DNA of 64,000 nt. Source: an uncultured Eubacterium sp. (GTDB lineage: Bacteria; Bacillota; Clostridia; Lachnospirales; Lachnospiraceae). The notes under the pieces are model-generated. The model worked only from the letters and a program-made list of their open reading frames with translations. It was not told the origin of the DNA and ran no database searches. The translations under genes were made by a program, and so were the position numbers. Numbering within the stretch: position 1 is the first letter of the stretch; each line of letters begins with the position of its first letter. Shown here piece by piece: positions 58,528 to 64,000 of the stretch. Location: NCBI GenBank assembly GCA_934316845.1, contig CAKRDZ010000010.1, positions 1,560 through 65,559 of the forward strand, in the 5' to 3' direction.

Positions 58528-59436
58528 ATGAAGGAACAGCTTTTTAGTAACGAGGTGATCTTGTCATGGCTGCAGTATTATGCCCAAAATACGGCGATTG
58601 ACCTCGAACATGTTAAGATGATAGATATCACCAAAAAGAATAAAAATGTGATCCCGACCGTGGAGGCGCATAAGACGACTCTGGTGTTTACCAATGCGGG
58701 CGTAGATGATATTTTTTATCGACTTTGGAATGCCGGCCTTGGTGAATGCGACGTCTGGTACAATGAAGGTTCCAAACCGGAAGGCGAGATTCTGAACAGC
58801 AAAGTAAAGGATATGATCGATCGTGGGATCAATGCTTCCGCCGGGATGCTCATTATCAATCCAAATGCCCGCAATACGGCGAAGATCGGCATGGGAAATG
58901 AAATGTTCCAGAAGGGATCGATTCACTATGTGGGAAGTGAGATCCGTGCTGTCATTCTCAATAAAATGATGGTGGATACACAGGATAACCTCTGTGTGAT
59001 CAGCGGAGAAAGTATTGCCATCGAGGCGGCGCTGATCGCAGCCGAGGGAACGGTGATCGCCGTGGAATACAGCCGCGCTGACCGTGAGACGATGGAGGAC
59101 AATGTGGAGCATTTTGGTCTCAGCAATGTGCAGATCGTCGATCATGTAGATGAAGAGAGCATGAAGGACTGCCCTGTACCGGACACGGTATTTATGGTGG
59201 CTTCTGCCAGCATGGATCAGGAACTTGCGTATCTGACCGCAAAAAATCCGCAGATCAATGTAGTTGTCTATACTTTGGATTTTCAAGTGGCAGCAGGCGC
59301 AAAGGCAATACTGGAATCTCATGGCATTGAAGATGTTGAGGTGATTCAGATCGCGGTATCGACTTTGTCAAGCCGCAACTCATTTAAGCAGCAGCCGGCA
59401 CCGTGGATCATCAGCGGACGCGGCGGTAAGAAATAA
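58528..59436 (+). CDS. CbiE/CbiT (precorrin-6Y methyltransferase)-like protein with a degenerate SAM motif
   Basis: Two-domain layout. The segment EIRAVILNKMMV...VIAVEYSRADRETMEDNVEHFGLSNVQIV resembles CbiT, but the GxGxG SAM loop is replaced (ISGESIAIE). No other cobalamin genes nearby. Confidence 0.45.
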   Translation: MKEQLFSNEVILSWLQYYAQNTAIDLEHVKMIDITKKNKNVIPTVEAHKTTLVFTNAGVDDIFYRLWNAGLGECDVWYNEGSKPEGEILNSKVKDMIDRGINASAGMLIINPNARNTAKIGMGNEMFQKGSIHYVGSEIRAVILNKMMVDTQDNLCVISGESIAIEAALIAAEGTVIAVEYSRADRETMEDNVEHFGLSNVQIVDHVDEESMKDCPVPDTVFMVASASMDQELAYLTAKNPQINVVVYTLDFQVAAGAKAILESHGIEDVEVIQIAVSTLSSRNSFKQQPAPWIISGRGGKK

Positions 59437-59482
59437 GAGCAGTTACGAATAATCATTAAAAAAATGTGAAAAATAAAAAAGG

Positions 59483-59523
59483 AAGAAGCGATAATTCAGG
59501 AATATGGATCGTCGCTTCTTTTC
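59483..59523 (+). terminator. Terminator after the CbiE/T-like gene
   Basis: AAGAAGCGA (59483-59491) pairs with TCGCTTCTT (59512-59520), followed by TTC. Confidence 0.5.
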
Positions 59524-59535
59524 TAGTTATAAAAT

Positions 59536-59580
59536 AAGAAAAAATGCAACATTTGTTACTATAATGTTGCATTTTTTCTT
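59536..59580. repeat. Recombinase core-type site A: 17-bp perfect inverted arms around an 11-nt asymmetric spacer
   Basis: AAGAAAAAATGCAACAT (59536-59552), spacer TTGTTACTATA (59553-59563), ATGTTGCATTTTTTCTT (59564-59580). Its reverse complement shares 20 identical nt with site B. Confidence 0.7.
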
Positions 59581-59590
59581 TGTATCATAT

Positions 59591-59617
59591 ATATCGGCAG
59601 ATCCCAAAAATACTTTA
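59591..59617 (-). promoter_or_regulatory. Sigma-D (FliA, sigma-28) type promoter, orphan in this orientation
   Basis: The minus strand reads TAAA (59617-59614), a 15-nt spacer, then GCCGATAT (59598-59591), an exact match to the Bacillus sigma-D consensus TAAA-N15-GCCGATAT. It points leftwards into site A and no gene follows. Confidence 0.6.
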
Positions 59618-59624
59618 GTCCTTT

Positions 59625-60206
59625 TTACAAAAAAGTTTCTAAAAAAACTTTATCTTTTTCTAACTGGTCGATACCAAGGTATCTTTTTGTAATCTCGTAC
59701 GACGAATGATTGTATATGCTCATTAGGAGAGCCGGCGGTGTTCCGTTCTTCCAGGCAAAGTAGCCAAACGTTTTCCGGAGTGAATGACAGCTGATGTTTT
59801 GCTCAAATCCATAATAATTTGCCGCCTTTTTTATGATTCGGAATGCCTGCGACCGGCTTAAAGGTTCCGGCCCGCTTTTTTGACCCTGAAAGATATAGTC
59901 ATTTTTATGATAATGTAAAAGAGTTTTTCGATAATATTCTAAAGCTTCTTTTGCATGTTGATTCACAATAAGAATATTCTCCTTCCCTGTTTTTTGTTCC
60001 CATACGGCTATGTGTTCACGATAGCGATGATTTTGATCTGAATAAACATCGTTCCAACAGAGCCCTAAGATGTCACTAATGCGAAGTGCTGAATTCAATC
60101 CGAACACAATAAGTGCGTAATTTCGAGGGTTTGGTTCAATGTCTCGATAGTAATTTCGAAATTTTTTCAACATTTCTTCATCTTTGATTGGTTGTGTTTT
60201 ACTCAT
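59625..60206 (-). CDS. Small tyrosine recombinase (193 aa, FimB/FimE-sized), copy 1
   Basis: MSKTQPIKDEEMLKKF... after GGAGG. The catalytic signature is present: NSALRISDIL (Arg I), HSLRKTFGYFAW (His-x-x-Arg) and HSSYEITKRYLG (His...Tyr). Confidence 0.88.
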   Translation of the reverse strand: MSKTQPIKDEEMLKKFRNYYRDIEPNPRNYALIVFGLNSALRISDILGLCWNDVYSDQNHRYREHIAVWEQKTGKENILIVNQHAKEALEYYRKTLLHYHKNDYIFQGQKSGPEPLSRSQAFRIIKKAANYYGFEQNISCHSLRKTFGYFAWKNGTPPALLMSIYNHSSYEITKRYLGIDQLEKDKVFLETFL

Positions 60207-60279
60207 TTTTTCCTCCATTCTAAAGTGCATGATGCACTTCGTCCTATTTGTTTAGATGCCTCATCCAAACATAGCTTAC

Positions 60280-60308
60280 ATGCAACATTATAGTAACAAT
60301 TGTTGTGG
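60280..60308. repeat. Recombinase core-type site B, inverted relative to A, with a degenerate outer arm
   Basis: ATGCAACAT (60280-60288), spacer TATAGTAACAA (60289-60299, the reverse complement of the A spacer), TTGTTGTGG (60300-60308). It overlaps a minus-strand promoter TTGCCA (60315-60310)-17-TATAAT (60292-60287) facing the recombinase gene. Confidence 0.65.
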
Positions 60309-60357
60309 CTGGCAAATTTTTCTAGATCCAACGGCACAGCAGAGGGAGGTGGCAAGG

Positions 60358-60600
60358 ATGCTGCGACTCACACTTAGCACAGAAGAATATCTGATGCTTG
60401 GCGATGATATCAAGATTGTATTCCTGGGAGGAAGCAACAATCATCTTCGAATTATGGTGGATGCTCCCAAAGAGGTCGACATCGTTCGAAGTAAAGTGCT
60501 TGAAAAGGCACACCCGGAAATTCGGGAGAAACGGCCGAAATATTACGCCGAACCGGAACTTCCGGAGCGCTATCGCAAGAAAAAGGGCGAGACAAAGTAA
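60358..60600 (+). CDS. csrA: Carbon storage regulator CsrA homologue (80 aa, extended basic C-terminus)
   Basis: MLRLTLSTEEYLMLGDDIKIVFLGGSNNHLRIMVDAPKEVDIVRSKV matches the CsrA core (MLILTRK..E.I.IGD.I.I.VL...G..VRIGI.AP..V.I.R.E). GGGAGG upstream. Directly precedes a flagellin gene, as csrA-hag does in Bacillus. Confidence 0.85.
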   Translation: MLRLTLSTEEYLMLGDDIKIVFLGGSNNHLRIMVDAPKEVDIVRSKVLEKAHPEIREKRPKYYAEPELPERYRKKKGETK

Positions 60601-60747
60601 CCGGATAATAATCGGTGTATGTGTGCTGACCGGAGGGCCCAAGGCTGGCACCGGCACCGGGGATTATAAATAAGAAAATGAAATTTCTACCCAAACGGAT
60701 TTGGGAAGAACATAAGCCGTAAGGCGTAAAACAAGGAGGTAATTATT

Positions 60748-61932
60748 ATGATAGTACAACACAACATTACATCAATGAATGCCAACAGACAGTTGGGAAT
60801 CGTAGGAAACAACCTTTCAAAATCTACTGAGAAACTTTCCAGTGGATACAGAATCAATCGTGCCGCTGATGATGCAGCAGGTCTTGCTATTTCTGAAAAA
60901 ATGCGTGCTCAGGTTCGTGGTTTGAATCGTGCTTCTGACAACGCACAGGATGGTATCTCTTTGATTCAGACCGCTGAAGGTGCTATGGATCAGAAACATG
61001 CGATCTTGCAGAGAACTCGTGAACTGATGGTTCAGGCTTCTAACTCCGGTGTGTTGGATGGAACTCAGGAAAATGATTTCCAGAAGATTCAGGATGAGAT
61101 TGATAACCTGAAATCGGAGTACAATCGTATTGATACAGATACAGAATTCAACAAGAAAAAGTTACTGGATGGATCTTACAGTGCTCAGTGGCTGCAGGTA
61201 GGTGCCAATTCTGGCCAGGGTATCAGTGTATCCATTAAATCTACAAGTTGGGATAATACTTTGTATATGACAGAGGATTCAACTGGTACATCAGGTGCGG
61301 CAAACAATATAATTGATGGTAAGAAATATAATCCTGACGTATTTACATTGGAAGATACTACATCTAAAACGGTTAATGGTAAGAAGTTTGTAAAACAGGC
61401 AGATGGAAAATACAAGGCTGATGGCGTAGATGAGGATTTGGTAACATTAACAGGAAAAATGAAGGACATTGATGATACTCAAGATCTTACAAATGCAGAT
61501 AATAAAGCATCTGTAGAAGCTGCTCAAAAACTTGGATATTCTGTTGATACAACGAGTGCTACTACTGCCAAAGCGAGCGTTGCTGCTGCAAAAACTGCAT
61601 TGGGTAAAGTGAAGGATAAAACGGAAACGGCTGTTAAGACAGTGAATGGTTCAGCAATTTCAAGCTTGATTGACAAAGTTGACACCATGATCAAAGACGT
61701 TACCACAGAGCGTTCCAAACTCGGTGCTGTTCAGAACCGTCTTGAGTACACCGTTAAGGTTGATGACAACACAGCTGAAAACATGCAGTCCGCTGAATCC
61801 CGTATCCGTGATACTGATATGGCAGATGAGATGACAAGATTCTCTAAAGAGAGTATCTTGCAGCAGGCAGCTACTTCTATGCTGGCTCAGGCAAATCAGG
61901 CAAACCAGGGAGTTCTTTCCTTATTGCAGTAA
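60748..61932 (+). CDS. fliC: Flagellin (394 aa), second paralogue
   Basis: MIVQHNITSMNANRQLG...LSSGYRINRAADDAAGLAISEKM...GISLIQTAEGAM and C-terminus ...MADEMTRFSKESILQQAATSMLAQANQANQGVLSLLQ. Confidence 0.95.
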   Translation: MIVQHNITSMNANRQLGIVGNNLSKSTEKLSSGYRINRAADDAAGLAISEKMRAQVRGLNRASDNAQDGISLIQTAEGAMDQKHAILQRTRELMVQASNSGVLDGTQENDFQKIQDEIDNLKSEYNRIDTDTEFNKKKLLDGSYSAQWLQVGANSGQGISVSIKSTSWDNTLYMTEDSTGTSGAANNIIDGKKYNPDVFTLEDTTSKTVNGKKFVKQADGKYKADGVDEDLVTLTGKMKDIDDTQDLTNADNKASVEAAQKLGYSVDTTSATTAKASVAAAKTALGKVKDKTETAVKTVNGSAISSLIDKVDTMIKDVTTERSKLGAVQNRLEYTVKVDDNTAENMQSAESRIRDTDMADEMTRFSKESILQQAATSMLAQANQANQGVLSLLQ

Positions 61933-61992
61933 TTTGCTTAACTTCATTCAATTTGCGTGAAGCGGTTTGATGTAAAGGATATGTACAAAACA

Positions 61993-62036
61993 AAAGAGTC
62001 ATTGCTTATCAATGTTGGTTAGCAATGGCTCTTTTC
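61993..62036. terminator. Bidirectional terminator between flagellin 2 and the Rpn-like gene
   Basis: AAAGAGTCATTGCT (61993-62006) pairs with AGCAATGGCTCTTT (62021-62034), including one G-U pair, flanked by A and T tracts. Confidence 0.75.
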
Positions 62037-62054
62037 GTATATAACTATATATTG

Positions 62055-63173
62055 TTAGCTGTGTTGTTCTTTTTGCAATTTCTCAATCAGGGCATAAGCT
62101 TTCTTGAGTTCATCGCTCTGATTCTGGATGGTGTCTTCTTTCTGTTTCAACTCATCACTCTGGCTCTGGATGGTGTCTTCTTTCAGCTTGAGTTCATCGC
62201 TCTGATTCTGGATGGTGTCTTCTTTTAGTTTTAGTTCATTGTCTTTTTCCTGAATGATCTCTCTTGCTTCATCCAAATCCTTCTGCATTTCATCAACCAT
62301 ATATTCCGCGGTATTATGATCCATCTCGGCTAATTCCTTAGAAAACATATCCATCACCCTTTCTGTGTTTTGACAGAGACGGAAGATATCCTCATACATT
62401 TCCTTAAAAATCGGAAATTTTTGGATGAGATTGTAAATCTGCTCCGGGTCGTCTGTGCTTAAAAAGGTAAGCCAGGCTTCCAACTCTGTCTGGATAGTTT
62501 TATTTTCCATGGTTTTATGGAAAATGTCAAGGGGTATGAATAAAAAATTCTGCAAAAGATTCAGTTCCAGTTTGGTGTCGGAGACAGCATGGAAGGAATG
62601 CAGGCAGGCATCCGGAAATGCATGAAATTCTTTTGGACTGTGTTCAAAGAAAACAATGACATGAACCGGGCGCATATTTTTGAAGTTAAAGTTCTTTGAA
62701 TTGTATTTTTCGCGGTCTTTTACGCGTTTGTATTGGCGGAGGAGAAGATCTGCGGAGTAGCACGCTGCGCGCTCGCCCGGAAAGCGGTAGCCAATCTTTT
62801 GAACCTCAATGTTGGCAATGCTTCCGTCTTCAAATTCAACGACGATATCGGTGATTAAAAGGGTTGGTTCCGCAGCGATACGAGTACTGTCATTTGGCAG
62901 GACTTTTAAGACCCTGACTTTCTTTTTGAGTAAAATGGATAAAAGACAGCTGAGTCTCTGTGGGGCGTATTCCGGGTTAAAAACTTCTTTGAAAAAGCAG
63001 TCAAAAAGGATTTTCACGCCTTTTTGCCCGGTACAGATATCCAAAAAGGATTTTTTCTGATCTTCTTTCCAGCTATTGTAAATGCTGCTTAATTTCCAGT
63101 TGTTCTGGATTTCGTTTAAAATCTCTTCGCGTTTACGAAAAGAAAAAAGGTTTTGCAGTGTTTTTTTGTGCAT
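62055..63173 (-). CDS. Rpn-family PD-(D/E)XK nuclease (recombination-promoting nuclease / putative transposase) with a repetitive coiled-coil tail
   Basis: The N-terminal region ...LFDCFFKEVFNPEYAPQRLSCLLSILL...LITDIVVEFEDGSIANIEVQKIGY is typical of the PDDEXK_2/Rpn family. The C-terminus has 3 x 14-aa repeats DELKLKEDTIQNQS. Confidence 0.75.
   Translation of the reverse strand: MHKKTLQNLFSFRKREEILNEIQNNWKLSSIYNSWKEDQKKSFLDICTGQKGVKILFDCFFKEVFNPEYAPQRLSCLLSILLKKKVRVLKVLPNDSTRIAAEPTLLITDIVVEFEDGSIANIEVQKIGYRFPGERAACYSADLLLRQYKRVKDREKYNSKNFNFKNMRPVHVIVFFEHSPKEFHAFPDACLHSFHAVSDTKLELNLLQNFLFIPLDIFHKTMENKTIQTELEAWLTFLSTDDPEQIYNLIQKFPIFKEMYEDIFRLCQNTERVMDMFSKELAEMDHNTAEYMVDEMQKDLDEAREIIQEKDNELKLKEDTIQNQSDELKLKEDTIQSQSDELKQKEDTIQNQSDELKKAYALIEKLQKEQHS
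62103..62228. repeat. Three 42-bp in-frame tandem repeats inside the Rpn-like gene
   Basis: GAGTTCATCGCTCTGATTCTGGATGGTGTCTTCTTT recurs at 62106 and 62190, with a diverged copy between them. Encodes the DELKxKEDTIQxQS heptad-like tail. Confidence 0.85.
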
Positions 63174-63302
63174 AAATTGCCTCCTTAAGTGTTTTGTTAA
63201 TTGTTACACATTGGTTTTGGGTTTTTTAATTGTAGGGAAATTAAACATAAAAATGCACAAAATAAATGAACATAAAGAAAATAGATTTTCTTTGTGCTGA
63301 CT

Positions 63303-63332
63303 ATGATACGGCATTTAGGGAGAAATGTCAAG
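63303..63332 (-). promoter_or_regulatory. Sigma-A type promoter facing the Rpn-like gene
   Basis: The minus strand reads TTGACA (63332-63327), an 18-nt spacer, then TATCAT (63308-63303). Confidence 0.5.
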
Positions 63333-63348
63333 AGGAAATTTTTCATAT

Positions 63349-63930
63349 TTAGTGGTAAATATCCAGATAGACCTGGTCTTTTTCTAATTGGTCAATTCCA
63401 AGATAACGTTTTGTAATTTCATAGGATGAGTGATTGTATATGCTCATTAGTAACGCGGGGGGTGTGCCTTGTTTCCAGGCAAAATATCCGAATGTTTTAC
63501 GCAGAGAGTGGCAGCTTATATGCTGTTCAAGTCCGCAGGCTTTAGCCGCTTTTTTGATAATACGAAATGCCTGACAGCGGCTGATTGCCTGGTCAGGATG
63601 TTTTTGACTTCGAAAGATGTAGTCCGTGCTGTCGAATTCAGAAAGTGTCTGTCGGTAGCTTTCTAATGCGTTTTGGGCATTTCTATTTAAAATAATAATA
63701 TTTTCTTTTCCTGTTTTTTGTTCTTTGATTGAAAGATGGTTGCGATATTTGTGAGTAGGCACCACATAAACATCGTCCCAATGCAGTGCAAGAATATCAC
63801 TGATTCGCAATGCCGAATTTAACCCAAATTCAATAAGTGCATAATTTCTTGGTTTATTTTCTATTGATATATAATAATTTCTGAATTTATTTAAATCATT
63901 CTCATTTTTGATTGGTTGTGTACAACTCAT
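63349..63930 (-). CDS. Small tyrosine recombinase (193 aa), copy 2, paralogue of 59625..60206
   Basis: MSCTQPIKNENDLNKF... after GGAGGA. It has the same catalytic motifs (NSALRISDIL, HSLRKTFGYFAW, HSSYEITKRYLG). The C-terminal 60 aa are nearly identical to copy 1. Confidence 0.88.
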   Translation of the reverse strand: MSCTQPIKNENDLNKFRNYYISIENKPRNYALIEFGLNSALRISDILALHWDDVYVVPTHKYRNHLSIKEQKTGKENIIILNRNAQNALESYRQTLSEFDSTDYIFRSQKHPDQAISRCQAFRIIKKAAKACGLEQHISCHSLRKTFGYFAWKQGTPPALLMSIYNHSSYEITKRYLGIDQLEKDQVYLDIYH

Positions 63931-63947
63931 TATATCCTCCAAATATA

Positions 63948-63977
63948 TTGCAACATCTTAGTAACAAATGTTGCATT
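63948..63977. repeat. Recombinase core-type site C, same orientation as B
   Basis: TTGCAACAT (63948-63956), spacer CTTAGTAACAA (63957-63967, 9/11 identical to the B spacer), ATGTTGCATT (63968-63977). It overlaps the minus-strand promoter TTGACG (63983-63978)-17-TAAGAT (63960-63955) of recombinase 2. Confidence 0.6.
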
Positions 63978-64000
63978 CGTCAACAATTTGATTGGTTAGA

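Larger units (their letters stand above)
59536..63977. mobile_element. Recombinase-bracketed flagellin cassette (int1, csrA, fliC2, rpn, int2) delimited by sites A, B and C
   Basis: Three copies of one core motif, two paralogous tyrosine recombinases and an Rpn nuclease surround csrA and flagellin. The right boundary may extend beyond the window. Confidence 0.35.

Noticed and set aside
60601-60747. A search for a dedicated sigma-D promoter between csrA and flagellin 2, as exists for hag in Bacillus.
   Set aside because: Only CCGGATAA (60602..60609) vaguely resembles GCCGATAA, and it has no TAAA at the right distance. No convincing promoter was called. This absence is used as context for the inversion-switch hypothesis rather than as a feature.

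Overview
This window is the replication-origin region of a moderately AT-rich, sporulating and flagellated Firmicute, Clostridia/Lachnospiraceae-like by gene content. The conserved core runs fumA-gyrA-gyrB-recF-yaaA-dnaN-dnaA on the minus strand, diverging from rpmH-rnpA-yidD-yidC-jag-mnmE-mnmG-rsmG-soj-spo0J on the plus strand. It carries two perfect parS sites and few DnaA boxes. From about 20 kb the content turns accessory:
- tRNA-Lys, an AI-2E transporter, trmB, an HD-GYP protein and a DD-carboxypeptidase.
- A dense DnaA-box cluster.
- An AT-rich islet with a VapD-like gene pair and a roughly 180-nt rod-shaped structured element.
- A ZTP-riboswitch purO/purH operon with a 703-aa secreted protein embedded in it.
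- GH27, GH3 and GH43 glycosidases with AraC regulators.
- An agr-type quorum-sensing locus (LytTR regulator, kinase, AgrD, AgrB) whose LytTR-box promoter is duplicated around a surface-protein gene.
- uraA-upp, rmuC, ispE, spoIIR and a 73-bp hairpin-containing tandem array.
- Two flagellin loci.

The most interesting candidate is at 59.5-60.3 kb. A FimB/E-sized tyrosine recombinase is bracketed by inverted copies of one asymmetric core site. The bracketed segment holds a perfect sigma-D (TAAA-N15-GCCGATAT) promoter that points away from the adjacent csrA-flagellin genes, so this looks like the OFF state of an undescribed flagellin phase-variation switch. A third site and a second recombinase delimit a 3.7-kb cassette. 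All calls come from reading the sequence and ORF translations. No database searches were run.
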